Positions 37,368 to 47,103 of a stretch of DNA of 64,000 nt are shown here, piece by piece; positions within the stretch are counted from its first letter, which is position 1, and every line of letters starts with the position of its first letter. The stretch comes from Candidatus Velthaea sp. Its GTDB lineage: Bacteria > Vulcanimicrobiota > Vulcanimicrobiia > Vulcanimicrobiales > Vulcanimicrobiaceae. The stretch covers positions 192,001-256,000 of the forward strand of contig CBDCCS010000022.1 in NCBI GenBank assembly GCA_965214935.1, in the 5' to 3' direction. The notes below the pieces were generated by a model that did no database searches, had not been told where the DNA came from, and saw only the letters and a list, made by a program, of their open reading frames with translations. The position numbers were made by a program, and so were the translations under genes.

Positions 37368-37949
37368 CTACCCGTCGCGATACTTAATGAGTCTCGCGGG
37401 AACGCCGGCGACGATAGCAAACGGCGGCACGGACGTCGTAACGACGGCACCGGCTGCGACAACGGCGCCTTCGCCGATCGTTACGCCGGGCAAAATAACG
37501 ACGTTTGCGCCGATCCAGCAGCGTCGACCGAGGACGACATCCGCTTCGAGCCACGGCTGATCTTGAATGGGTAGATTCCGGTCCGCAGTGCCGTGATTCG
37601 AGGTCACGATCGTCACATTCGGACCGATCAACGCCTCGTCTTCGACTATTAACATTGCACCCGGTGATGCCCAAAGGCGATTCTCGGCGCCGAATATCAC
37701 CGCTTCCCCGACCGATATTTGTTCCGGATATTCGATCGAGCAACGCCGGTTGAAATAAGTTCGCTTTCCGCAGCGCGCGAGTCGCGTCCGCGGCTCCGTA
37801 AACGCATTGATCTGGCCCAGTACGATTTCAGCGATCGCCTTGGGCCCAAAGCGAGCGAACAACAGCATCGTACGCAGCACCGGGCGTATGCGCGTCAAGC
37901 TAATGGCCGCCGTTTCTACCGGCGTCCATGTCGTCTCCGCGCTGTGCAT
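37368..37949 (-). CDS. Hexapeptide-repeat (LbH) sugar O-acyltransferase
   Basis: IGPNVTI..NH, CWIGANVVILPGVTIGEGAVVAAGAVV and VAGVPAR. Confidence 0.88.
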   Translation of the reverse strand: MHSAETTWTPVETAAISLTRIRPVLRTMLLFARFGPKAIAEIVLGQINAFTEPRTRLARCGKRTYFNRRCSIEYPEQISVGEAVIFGAENRLWASPGAMLIVEDEALIGPNVTIVTSNHGTADRNLPIQDQPWLEADVVLGRRCWIGANVVILPGVTIGEGAVVAAGAVVTTSVPPFAIVAGVPARLIKYRDG

Positions 37950-38032
37950 CAGCGTACGTCGCGCCGCAACGGCCCGCGCTGCGCCGGGGCGCGACGGGTT
38001 GCCCGGCCGAGCACGATACATCGATCATCGCG

Positions 38033-38974
38033 TTAGCTAAACGACGGAAAGCCGATAGCTGCGGCGTCAACACGCATCTGCGCGAGCAATGCATCGACGG
38101 TCTCGAATCGTTGCTGGGGCCGAATGAAGCGAAAATTGCGCAGCGCCAATTCCTCACCGTAAAGCGAGCCGCGAAAATCGAGCAACCAGGCTTCAACGGT
38201 TCGCCGTCTACCGTCGAACGTCGGGTTCGTGCCGATCGAAACGAGACCGGCGTAATCGCGTCCTTCGTGCCGGCCGCTCGTCGCATAGACGCCGTCGGGC
38301 GGAAGCATCTTTTCACTCGGTACGTCAATATTTGCCGTCGGATAGCCCAAGTCGTGTCCGCGACCGAAACCCAGGGTCACGATCCCGCGTAAGCTGAACG
38401 CCGAGCCCAGCAAGCGATCCGCTTCGCTAAAGTCGCCGTTAGCAATGGCGGTTCGCACGCGCGTACTCGAGACTCGGTCGCCGCCGTCGGTTTCGTTGGG
38501 GACGGCAACGAATGCGAGCCCCCGTGAGAGAAGGTGCGACTCGGCGAAAGTCACGTCGCCGCTGCGTTTTACGCCGAAGCGAAAATTTTTCCCGACAATC
38601 ACCGCTCGAGCACCAATGCGCTCGACGATGGTCTCGTCCAGGAACTCCTGCGGTGTGAGCGTCGCCATTGCCGCATCGAAGGGCAGCACGAACGCTTCAT
38701 CGATCCCGGCGCGTGCAAAAGCGTTGATGCGCTCTTCGAGCGTCATGATGAGCGGCGGATTCGACTCAGGCCGTAAAAACGTCGCCGGATGGTTTCTAAA
38801 CGTAACGATGGCGGCTCGCTCGCCGGGCCGCCGAAGCGAAAGTAAGGCCCGCACGATCGCCCGATGGCCTCGATGAAAGCCGTCGAAAAATCCGACGGCG
38901 ACAACAAGCGGCAGCGACTGCGGTTGGGAGCGCGTCCGATCGGTTCGCGCCGGTAATGCGTGATGAACCTTCAA
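38033..38974 (-). CDS. ribF: Bifunctional riboflavin kinase/FAD synthetase
   Basis: GFFDGFHRGH, VSSTRVR, GRG..LGYPTAN, GTNPTF and VEAWLLDF. Confidence 0.95.
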   Translation of the reverse strand: MKVHHALPARTDRTRSQPQSLPLVVAVGFFDGFHRGHRAIVRALLSLRRPGERAAIVTFRNHPATFLRPESNPPLIMTLEERINAFARAGIDEAFVLPFDAAMATLTPQEFLDETIVERIGARAVIVGKNFRFGVKRSGDVTFAESHLLSRGLAFVAVPNETDGGDRVSSTRVRTAIANGDFSEADRLLGSAFSLRGIVTLGFGRGHDLGYPTANIDVPSEKMLPPDGVYATSGRHEGRDYAGLVSIGTNPTFDGRRRTVEAWLLDFRGSLYGEELALRNFRFIRPQQRFETVDALLAQMRVDAAAIGFPSFS

Positions 38975-39849
38975 TCGAAAACCCGCCGCGGTGCTAACAA
39001 AACGCCGAGCGTTTCGCCGACACCGACAAGCGAACGCGACGCATCGCGTACGAAAACGTGTTTGCCGGCCGGTGAATTTGCTAACGTAACAACGCGGCCC
39101 GCGCGAAAGTCGGTCGCCCGGTGCACGTCGAGCACGACAGTCGGAATCGGGATGACCCGTTCGGGCGGAACGAGCGCAGCTACCGGATCGGCCGCGACTT
39201 CGTCGAGCGTGAGGCTTTCATACAGCACGAACGGCCCGGACGCTTCGCGTACCAGGGCGCCCATGTGGCCGACGGTCGCGCAGGCACGAGCGATGTCTTC
39301 GCAGAGCGTTCGAATGTACGTACCTTCGCTGCAGGCGATCCTGAGCCGAACGACCGGACCTTCGCGTCCAAGCAATGTCAAACCGTAGATCGTGACCGTA
39401 CGAGGCGAACGCACGACGGATTTTCCCGCCCGTGCCAATTCGTATAATCGAACCCCGCCGTGATGCACGGCCGAATACATGGGCGGCGTTTGTTCGATCG
39501 CGCCGGTGAAGCGGCCGATGCACCGAACGAGTCGCTCGTCGATGTCGAAGGGGATCGACTCTTGCCCGCACGTTTCGCCGGCGCCGTCGCCGGTCGTCGT
39601 CGCGCGTCCAAGAACGAGCGTACAAACGTACGCTTTACGACGGTCCTCGATGAGCGGCAATAAGCGTGTTGCCTTGCCGAGTGCAATGGGCAAAACGCCT
39701 GATGCTTGCGGATCGAGCGTGCCGAAATGTCCAACCGCCAATTTTGCGCGCTCGGCTTGGCGGTAGATGCGCCGAAGCCGTGCACCGAATTGTGTCGACG
39801 TCGGCCCTGCCGGTTTAAATAAGCTGATGAACCCCAGCACGGACGTCAA
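38971..39849 (-). CDS. truB: tRNA pseudouridine(55) synthase
   Basis: VGHFGTLDP.ASGVLP, QTPPMYSAV, LYELARAG and CSEGTYIRTL. Confidence 0.95.
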   Translation of the reverse strand: MTSVLGFISLFKPAGPTSTQFGARLRRIYRQAERAKLAVGHFGTLDPQASGVLPIALGKATRLLPLIEDRRKAYVCTLVLGRATTTGDGAGETCGQESIPFDIDERLVRCIGRFTGAIEQTPPMYSAVHHGGVRLYELARAGKSVVRSPRTVTIYGLTLLGREGPVVRLRIACSEGTYIRTLCEDIARACATVGHMGALVREASGPFVLYESLTLDEVAADPVAALVPPERVIPIPTVVLDVHRATDFRAGRVVTLANSPAGKHVFVRDASRSLVGVGETLGVLLAPRRVFD

Positions 39850-39939
39850 TGCGCGCGCCGCTGCGCGAACCGCGCCGATGCACGTTGCCCCAAGCGCATC
39901 ACGACTGATGCGCCTGAAAGCTTACCGGCGATACGATCG

Positions 39940-40923
39940 TTACAGGCCCTGTGCTTTGAGTGCTTGGTGTACGCCTTCGACTGCCGCTGAAAAGTCGCCG
40001 TCGAAGGTCAGACCGGACGCCATGAAATGACCGCCGCCGCCAAGTGCCGCAGCCGCGAGTTGGACGTTGACCCGGCCGCTCGAGCGCAGACTGACCCGGA
40101 CTGCGCCATCGAAATCCTTGAATAGCGCGGCAGCCTCGACGCCTTCGACTGCACGTAGATGCTGGATGATTTCTTCGGTATCTTCACCGTCGGCGTTACA
40201 AGCGGCGAGCATTGCCGAATCGACGTGCGTCCAGCAATAGCGTCCGCTCTCTTCGAGCCGTGCGCGCTCGAGTGCCATGCCGAGCAGCTTCGTCGCGGCA
40301 AAACGCTTGTTTGCGAAAATCTCTTCGGTAATGAGCGGTTTGTCCGCGCCGGCTTCCATGAGGTCGGCCGAGACGCGCAGCACTTCACTCGTCGTATTCG
40401 TGTGCATGAAGGCACCGGTATCGGTCATAATCGTCGTCAATAGATTCGTCGCAATGCCTTTGGTGATGGGTACACCTAGCGCACGCAACAAGTGCACGAC
40501 GCAGCTTCCGGTCGACGCTTCTTTTTCGAGAATGTAATTAAGCTTTGCAAAACGCGAATTGCCGAGATGATGATCGATGTTGAGCATATTTTCGCGATCG
40601 ACGGCCGGCAGATACTCGCCCGCTCGGGTCGAGTCACTCATATCGCAAAACACCCAAAGCGTATCGGCAGGCAAATCGTCGGGTACGCTACGCGAGACGA
40701 CCTCCGCACCCGGTAAAAACCGCAAATTGCGCGGCACCGGATCCTGCTGAAAGTAACCGACACGCTTGCCCAGCGACGTCAACGCAAGGCCGAGCGCCAG
40801 TCCGGCGCCCAGCGTGTCACCATCCGGCTTGACGTGCGATACGAACATGAACGACGACCGGGCACGTAATTCAGCGACAACTTCCGACGTCGTTGCAGAC
40901 GCCGTCATGATACTACTCATCAA
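39940..40923 (-). CDS. nrnA: DHH/DHHA1 phosphoesterase (NrnA-type oligoribonuclease/pAp phosphatase)
   Basis: SHVKPDGD, NIDHH, TDTG, VSLRS and GGGGH; typical position between rbfA and truB. Confidence 0.88.
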   Translation of the reverse strand: MMSSIMTASATTSEVVAELRARSSFMFVSHVKPDGDTLGAGLALGLALTSLGKRVGYFQQDPVPRNLRFLPGAEVVSRSVPDDLPADTLWVFCDMSDSTRAGEYLPAVDRENMLNIDHHLGNSRFAKLNYILEKEASTGSCVVHLLRALGVPITKGIATNLLTTIMTDTGAFMHTNTTSEVLRVSADLMEAGADKPLITEEIFANKRFAATKLLGMALERARLEESGRYCWTHVDSAMLAACNADGEDTEEIIQHLRAVEGVEAAALFKDFDGAVRVSLRSSGRVNVQLAAAALGGGGHFMASGLTFDGDFSAAVEGVHQALKAQGL

Positions 40924-41263
40924 TCACATGCGCTTTCTCGAGCGTTTTCGACAATGCGATCGCCCGCTCCGTCGTCCGATCCTCGACGAATGTTAATTCC
41001 GGTGTATGCCGCAACGCCACGGCTGCACCAAGTTCGCCGCGGATGAATCCGGCTGCGCTTTTCAATGCGTCCATCGTTTGACGCGCAGCATGCCGGTCTC
41101 CGATAATCGAGACGAAGACTTTACAGAACATGAGATCTTGGGTGACTTCGCAGCGCGTAACGGTTGCAAAACCCATGCGCGGGTCTTTAACATCGAGCGA
41201 GATCGTTTTCGAAAGCGCCCGTTGGATCTCGTGATCGATCCGCCCTTGCCGTTCCCGCTTCAT
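40913..41263 (-). CDS. rbfA: Ribosome-binding factor A
   Basis: KDPR, VTQDL..CKVFVS, AAGFIR and LRHTPELTF. Confidence 0.95.
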   Translation of the reverse strand: MKRERQGRIDHEIQRALSKTISLDVKDPRMGFATVTRCEVTQDLMFCKVFVSIIGDRHAARQTMDALKSAAGFIRGELGAAVALRHTPELTFVEDRTTERAIALSKTLEKAHVIDE

Positions 41264-41374
41264 CGACGTCCCTGTCCGGCCGCTCGGCGCTTATCTGACG
41301 GCAACGGACGACGCGGCTGCCGCTGCACGCTTCGCCTCATCATGCAGACCCGCGCCGCACGTCCTTCTGCCACC

Positions 41375-44300
41375 CTACGCCGGCTGCAATTCCGGCGCGA
41401 CGAGCTCGGAGGTCCAAGCCTCGATGACATCGCCCGGTTTGAGATCCGCAAACCGCGCAACTTGAATGCCGCACTCAAAGTTTTCAGCGACTTCACGAAC
41501 GTCGTCTTTAAACCGCCGCAGAGATTCGATTTCGCCGTCGAACACGACGGCCGAATCCCGGATGACGCGTACCTTGGAGTTGCGCGTGATTTTACCCGAT
41601 TGCACGTAGCAACCGGCAATCGCTCCGACTTTCGAGACTTTGAAAATCTCGCGTACTTCGGCTCGTCCCAACACGATCTCGCGAAATTTCGGCGCCAATA
41701 GACCGACCATGGCTTTTTTGAGATCGTTCTCGACATCGTAGATGACTTGGTAAAAACGCAAATCGACTTGCTCGTTTTCCGCCAGCCGTTTTACCGTCTC
41801 GTCCGGCCGAATGTTGAAACCGATGAGGACGGCGTTCGACGCCGACGCCAGGTTAACGTCGTTGGGAGTAATGCCCCCGACGCCCGCGAGAATAACGCGG
41901 ATCCCGACTTCCCCCGTCGAGAGGCTTTCGACACGCGAGCGTAACGCCTCAACCGAGCCTTGACCATCGGCTTTGATGACGAGATTGAGCGTCTTCGAAC
42001 CACCGTCGGCGGGCATTTGCATGAACGTTTCGAGCGAAACGCGCGGCCCTGAAGTCGCTGCAACGCGAACGTCACGCCGCTTCGTCGAACGCTTCGCAGC
42101 AGCTTCACGCGCTGCTCGTTCGTCGGACACAACCATGAGTGCATCGCCCGCCGCCGGAACGTCGGAGAGACCCATGATCTCGACCGGAATCGAAGGTCCG
42201 GCTTTTTTCACCTGTTTGCCCTTGTCATCGACAAGCGCCCGAATCTTGCCGTACGCCGCGCCAACGACAACAACGTCGCCGACACGCAGCGTCCCGTTTT
42301 GAATGAGTACCGTCGCGACTGCACCGCGACCACGATCGAGCGCCGACTCGATAACAACACCTGTCGCGCGACGGTTTTTGTTGGCTTTGAGCTCTTTGAG
42401 ATCGGCTTCGAGCAACACGGTTTCGAGCAATGCATCGATGCCGTTGCCGTTACGCGCCGAAACTTGCACCATCTCGACTTTACCGCCCCACTCAACCGGC
42501 TGCAGACCCTCGTCGGTCAACTGCTGCTTCACCCGGTCGGGCTGCGCATCTTCCTTATCCATCTTGTTGATGGCAACCACGATCGGAACGCCGGCCGCCT
42601 TGATGTGCGATATTGCCTCGCGCGTTTGCGGCATTACGCCGTCGTCGGCGGCGACCACAAGGATGGCAACGTCGGTTACTTTTGCGCCGCGCGCCCGCAT
42701 CGCGGTGAACGCCTCGTGACCCGGCGTATCGATGAAGGTAATTTTCCGGTCGTTGGATTCGACGGTGTAGGCACCGATTTTCTGGGTGATCCCGCCGGCT
42801 TCGCCCGCCGCAACCGAGGCACTGCGGATCCGATCGAGCAGCGACGTTTTACCGTGGTCAACGTGCCCGAGAACGGTGACGACCGGTGGACGATCGGTGA
42901 GCAGCTCCGGTTTATCTTCGTCTTGCTCGACGACGACTTCGTCACCGGCTTCTTTAACAATCGCATTGAAGCCGAATTTTTTAGCCACGGCGATCGCCTG
43001 TTCCGACGAAATGTTCTGATTGATCGTCGCCATCGTGCCCATTTTAAAGAGCTCTTTGATGATATCGGCCGCCGGCAAGATCATGGTGTTCGCCAACTCT
43101 TGAACGGTCAAGACGTCGGGGATCTCAATGCTCTCGAGATGCACCTGCGGAACCGCGGGCACAGCATCGAACGACCCGCCGCGTTTACGCTGGCGCGCCT
43201 TTTCGAGCAGGAGATCTTTCTCGCGGTCTTTCTTCGAGTTGTCGAAGCCGCGTTGACCCGGGCGCCCGCCGGGACGGCCACCGCCGCCACCGGAACTAGG
43301 AGCCGGACCTTGCGCTCCGGGCGCGCCGGGTGTCGGCGCCGCACCGGGCGGACGGGGCGTGAAAGGACGTGGACCGGGCGGCGTCAGAGGCCGGAACGGT
43401 CCATTGGACATCGGCCGGCGGCCCGGCGCCGGAACGCCTTGCGCACCGTTCGTGCCGGCCGGATTCATCGCTCCCGGGCTGCCGGGTTGAGCCGGTCGTT
43501 GCTGGTAGTTCGAACCGGCAACACCCGTTCCGGGCCGCGGCGCAACGCCGGGTCGACCCGGGATGCCGTTAGCAGGTCCCGGCGCGGCCGAATTGGCATT
43601 CGGCGTCGCGGGCGGCTGCTGGACCGGCGGTCGTGGTTGAACGATCGACGACCGGCCGGCCGGAACCGGACGCAACGTCGGCACCGGTGCGGCATCGAGC
43701 GGCGCTTGCGGCGGCCGCGGACGCGGCGCTAACGGCCGTAGCGGTTGACCTGCAGAGGGCGGGCGATTCGGACTGACGCCGGTTCCATTTTGCGGCGGTG
43801 CGGCGGCGGGTGCATCCGCGGTTCCGGCCGGGGTAACGCTCGTTCCGCCGTCGGCTGCGCGAGAACCGTCGGCCTGCGGTGCGGCCGGAAGCGTATCGGC
43901 AGCCGGCACGTTCGGCGCTGCGACCGGACCGACAGAATCGAGCGATTCTGCATGAACTTCGAGGCCGGTGGACACGCTAAGGGTTGAGCCGGCTGTCTCC
44001 ACGACCGGCTCGGGCGGTACGCTTTGCGCCGCCGGCGACACGGTCGCTACGGCCGGATCGGCCTGCGCACCGGGCGCCGCGCTGAGCGGAGCTGCCGGCG
44101 CGCGGCGCGACACGTTCGGTACGGGCTTCAACGTCGATACTGCCGTCGGCACGGCACCGGGCCGCACGATACTCGGGCGCGGCTTGACGGTCGGGCCGGC
44201 CGCCGGCGGCGGCGTTAGGATCGGCCGAGCCGCCGAAGCGGCCGGCTGCGTCTGCTGAGCTTCACCGGACATCGAGGGTGCGACGGCGGGTCGCGAATTC

Positions 44301-44626
44301 AGCGTATCGGTTGGGACGGATCGATCGGGCGGCGCGGTGACCGGCGCGACAGAATCCGCCGCCGACGCGACCTGCGGTAAGTCGATTGCCGCGTCGGCAG
44401 CTTTCGCCGCTACCGGCGCAGGCGCGACCGTTCCGGCTTTCGCCTGCAATTTTGCGGCGGCAGCTTTCCCGAGCTGAAGCCGCAATAGATCGGCGACCTT
44501 CGGCTCGACGACGCTCAATTGGTTTTTCGCTTCAAGACCAAGTCGCCCGAAAAGTGCGATCATGTCTTTCGATGTCATGTTGAGCTCTTTTGCGAGCTCG
44601 AATATTCGAACCTTACCGGTTGCCAT
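41375..44626 (-). CDS. infB: Translation initiation factor IF-2 with a long Pro/Ala-rich N-terminal linker
   Basis: [39 protein letters not shown] and NKMD. Confidence 0.97.
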   Translation of the reverse strand: MATGKVRIFELAKELNMTSKDMIALFGRLGLEAKNQLSVVEPKVADLLRLQLGKAAAAKLQAKAGTVAPAPVAAKAADAAIDLPQVASAADSVAPVTAPPDRSVPTDTLNSRPAVAPSMSGEAQQTQPAASAARPILTPPPAAGPTVKPRPSIVRPGAVPTAVSTLKPVPNVSRRAPAAPLSAAPGAQADPAVATVSPAAQSVPPEPVVETAGSTLSVSTGLEVHAESLDSVGPVAAPNVPAADTLPAAPQADGSRAADGGTSVTPAGTADAPAAAPPQNGTGVSPNRPPSAGQPLRPLAPRPRPPQAPLDAAPVPTLRPVPAGRSSIVQPRPPVQQPPATPNANSAAPGPANGIPGRPGVAPRPGTGVAGSNYQQRPAQPGSPGAMNPAGTNGAQGVPAPGRRPMSNGPFRPLTPPGPRPFTPRPPGAAPTPGAPGAQGPAPSSGGGGGRPGGRPGQRGFDNSKKDREKDLLLEKARQRKRGGSFDAVPAVPQVHLESIEIPDVLTVQELANTMILPAADIIKELFKMGTMATINQNISSEQAIAVAKKFGFNAIVKEAGDEVVVEQDEDKPELLTDRPPVVTVLGHVDHGKTSLLDRIRSASVAAGEAGGITQKIGAYTVESNDRKITFIDTPGHEAFTAMRARGAKVTDVAILVVAADDGVMPQTREAISHIKAAGVPIVVAINKMDKEDAQPDRVKQQLTDEGLQPVEWGGKVEMVQVSARNGNGIDALLETVLLEADLKELKANKNRRATGVVIESALDRGRGAVATVLIQNGTLRVGDVVVVGAAYGKIRALVDDKGKQVKKAGPSIPVEIMGLSDVPAAGDALMVVSDERAAREAAAKRSTKRRDVRVAATSGPRVSLETFMQMPADGGSKTLNLVIKADGQGSVEALRSRVESLSTGEVGIRVILAGVGGITPNDVNLASASNAVLIGFNIRPDETVKRLAENEQVDLRFYQVIYDVENDLKKAMVGLLAPKFREIVLGRAEVREIFKVSKVGAIAGCYVQSGKITRNSKVRVIRDSAVVFDGEIESLRRFKDDVREVAENFECGIQVARFADLKPGDVIEAWTSELVAPELQPA

Positions 44627-44732
44627 TCAGATCCTTATCGAGAAGGTGCCGTGTCGTCACCCCCTCATCGCTGCTTAATTCATTTGCGTCCCCGTGGGCA
44701 GCCGAGAATCCATCTCGGATACCCGTCCCGAG

Positions 44733-44945
44733 TCACCATTGTACCAGAGCCTCACTACTTAACCCAGGATATCGTTTATTCTTTGCAACGCGCTCGGCAC
44801 ATTTGTGCGAACATAGGTATGCGCCCCGTCCGATAGACCTGCGCCGGCCATCACCGGTCCAACCATCGCAGCGTCGCACGAAGCGGCGCAAAGCGGACTG
44901 GTCGAACCGGTTACGACAGCCGACACACATTCGCGTCGGCGTCAC
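44733..44945 (-). CDS. ylxR: YlxR/DUF448 RNA-binding protein
   Basis: PTRMCVGCR...LRRFV...GRGAYLC; lies between nusA and infB. Confidence 0.88.
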   Translation of the reverse strand: MTPTRMCVGCRNRFDQSALRRFVRRCDGWTGDGRRRSIGRGAYLCSHKCAERVAKNKRYPGLSSEALVQW

Positions 44946-44950
44946 GACCG

Positions 44951-46165
44951 TCAGCTCTCGAACATTTCGCGTTTGAACTCTTCGAGTTTGCGCAGTAAAT
45001 CCTCGTCGATATCCGGCACCGTCGCGAGCTCGGCTTCCGTGCCGTCCGTGACCGCGACAGCCGAGTCTTCATCGCCGGCTTCGATCTCCGGCGCCTCGGT
45101 CCGATGCGCACGTTCGGACAGATACCGCTCGAGGGCTTGCGGCGCCTCGGCTTCGCTCGTGATATCGAGTCGCCAGCCCGTCAGACGCGCCGCGAGCCGG
45201 ACGTTCTGACCTTCACGGCCGATCGCGAGCGACAACTGATAATCCGGCACCGTAACGAGCGCGACGCCCTCGTCATCAAAGAGGTCCACGTTGAGGACCT
45301 TGGCCGGCTGCAACGCGTTCATGATGAATTGCGCCGATTCCGGCGCCCATTTGATAACGTCGATCTTTTCGCCCCGAAGTTCGTCCGACACGTTTGCAAT
45401 GCGCGACGACTTCGGTCCGAGGCAGGCCCCGACGGCTTCGACTTCCGCCCGGCGCGAGTGAACCGCAACCTTGGATCGCGAACCGGGCTCCCGGGCAATC
45501 GCCATGATCTCAACGATGTCGTCTTGAATCTCCGGCACCTCGAACTCGAGCAGTCGCTGAACGAGACCCTCGGCGCCGCGGGATAGAACGACGAGCGGGC
45601 CTTTATTGGTCTTACGAACGTCGAGAACGTAAGCCCGTATCCGATCGTTGATCCGGAAATTTTCGCGCGGCACTTGCTCGGAAAACGGCAGCAACGCCTC
45701 GTTTTTATTATCGAGCAAGACGTACATGTTCCGCTGCTCGTAGCGTTGAACGACACCTAGAACGATGTCGTGAAGCTTTGCCGAATAGGTGTTGAAAACC
45801 GTGTCGCGTTCGGCCTCACGGATGCGCTGAACGATGACTTGCTTTGCGGTCTGAGCCGCGATGCGTCCGAAATCTTTGGGCGTTACTTCTTCATCGAAAA
45901 AATCGCCCGGCTCGTAGCGCGAGCCGGCTTGTGCTTTCGATACTTCGAGCTTCGCATCCGTTACAACGTCGACGACCGTCCGCCGATGATAGACCTTGTA
46001 TTCGCCCGTTTGCCGATCGATCGTGACCGTCGCATTCGCCTCACCGCCGAAATTCCGTTTGTACGCCGAAATCAGCGCCGCTTCGAGTGCTTCGAGCAGC
46101 ATGTCGAAGCTAATGTTGCGTTCGGTCTCGATCTCGCGAAGCGCCGCGATCATCTCTGCATTCAT
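44951..46165 (-). CDS. nusA: Transcription termination/antitermination factor NusA
   Basis: FGRIAAQTAKQV, AREPGSRSKVAV and QLSLAIGREGQNVRLAARLTGW. Confidence 0.97.
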   Translation of the reverse strand: MNAEMIAALREIETERNISFDMLLEALEAALISAYKRNFGGEANATVTIDRQTGEYKVYHRRTVVDVVTDAKLEVSKAQAGSRYEPGDFFDEEVTPKDFGRIAAQTAKQVIVQRIREAERDTVFNTYSAKLHDIVLGVVQRYEQRNMYVLLDNKNEALLPFSEQVPRENFRINDRIRAYVLDVRKTNKGPLVVLSRGAEGLVQRLLEFEVPEIQDDIVEIMAIAREPGSRSKVAVHSRRAEVEAVGACLGPKSSRIANVSDELRGEKIDVIKWAPESAQFIMNALQPAKVLNVDLFDDEGVALVTVPDYQLSLAIGREGQNVRLAARLTGWRLDITSEAEAPQALERYLSERAHRTEAPEIEAGDEDSAVAVTDGTEAELATVPDIDEDLLRKLEEFKREMFES

Positions 46166-46698
46166 TGGTTTTCCTTTTGCGCGTGTTTCGCACGTTTCGC
46201 ACGCGCAAGATCGGTGCGTATGTCAAACTCGACATTGGCCGATTTGACGATTTCAAGCGGGATGAACATCTCGCCCTGGGCGGTGTGCAAAACCACGTTC
46301 GTGCCTTGCACGCCGCAGAGCCGGCCGCGATGCGTCTTGGCACCGCGAATCGCCAAGGTGCTGACGATGCGAACGTCGCGCTCGCGAAACCGTTCGTAGT
46401 CCGCCGGCTTGACCAATGGCCGGTCGAGCCCGGCCGATTCGACTTCGAGCGTGTAGTTGTCGGCGTACGCCTCGAGCGCGGAGTTAATCCGCGCGGCGAC
46501 GCGTTCGCAGGTAGCAATATCGACTCCGGCGAGCGGTTCGGTGCGGTCGACCATAACCGTCAGGGCAAAACCGTCCCGATTCCGCTGCGCCTTGCTCGTA
46601 ACGACTTCCAAACCTTGGAATTCGCGTTCCAGCGGAAGCCCATAAACGATTTCATCGAATGCGTCGGCAAGACGATCCGGATGTGAAGCTGACTGCAT
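46162..46698 (-). CDS. rimP: Ribosome maturation factor RimP
   Basis: GVDIATCE and YTLEVESAGLDRPL; AGGAG RBS before the ATG at 46698. Confidence 0.92.
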   Translation of the reverse strand: MQSASHPDRLADAFDEIVYGLPLEREFQGLEVVTSKAQRNRDGFALTVMVDRTEPLAGVDIATCERVAARINSALEAYADNYTLEVESAGLDRPLVKPADYERFRERDVRIVSTLAIRGAKTHRGRLCGVQGTNVVLHTAQGEMFIPLEIVKSANVEFDIRTDLARAKRAKHAQKENQ

Positions 46699-46719
46699 CG
46701 GCGCTCCTGTGGGCGGACA

Positions 46720-46754
46720 ACACAGAAGCGCGCCTCGTCGGCGCGCTTCTGTGT
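46720..46754 (-). promoter_or_regulatory. rimP leader hairpin (attenuator-like)
   Basis: Perfect 15-bp stem ACACAGAAGCGCGCC/GGCGCGCTTCTGTGT with a 5-nt loop, between the promoter and the RBS. Confidence 0.7.
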
Positions 46755-46765
46755 GAACAGCCACC

Positions 46766-46794
46766 ACTATACGCCGTTTCGCGGCAACGCGCAA
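46766..46794 (-). promoter_or_regulatory. Sigma-70 promoter of the rimP-nusA-infB operon
   Basis: TTGCGC-N17-TATAGT on the minus strand. Confidence 0.7.
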
Positions 46795-47103
46795 GCGCTC
46801 TGGTCTCGTGCCGGCTACCCAGAGTCGTTCGACGACCCTACCGACGGGTGACTTGGCCGGAAGCGATCGTAAAAATCGACTGCAAACGACATGCCTCGAT
46901 TAGCCGCCCATAGCGAGTAATTGGAGCTCTGGTTTACGTTGCAGTCCGATGACGTCCCGGTCCGCGCTCATAACTTGCACTTACGATACCGATTGATACG
47001 TCATCTACGGACGCTCTTATACGCTACCGACGCTAAGATCGTACGCAAAGTCGAGCTAGCTGAGGCGTCACCATTGAACTATGGAATCGAACAAGGCACC
47101 GAT

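Noticed and set aside
42299..43732. 477-aa + strand ORF, and many similar 60-290 aa antisense or alternate-frame ORFs
   Set aside because: These are shadows of well-supported genes on the opposite strand (here infB), as expected in GC-rich DNA, and carry no motifs.
43200..44450. Long Pro/Ala/Gly low-complexity region in infB as an insertion or intein
   Set aside because: Long disordered IF-2 N-terminal linkers are common, and no intein or endonuclease motifs are present.
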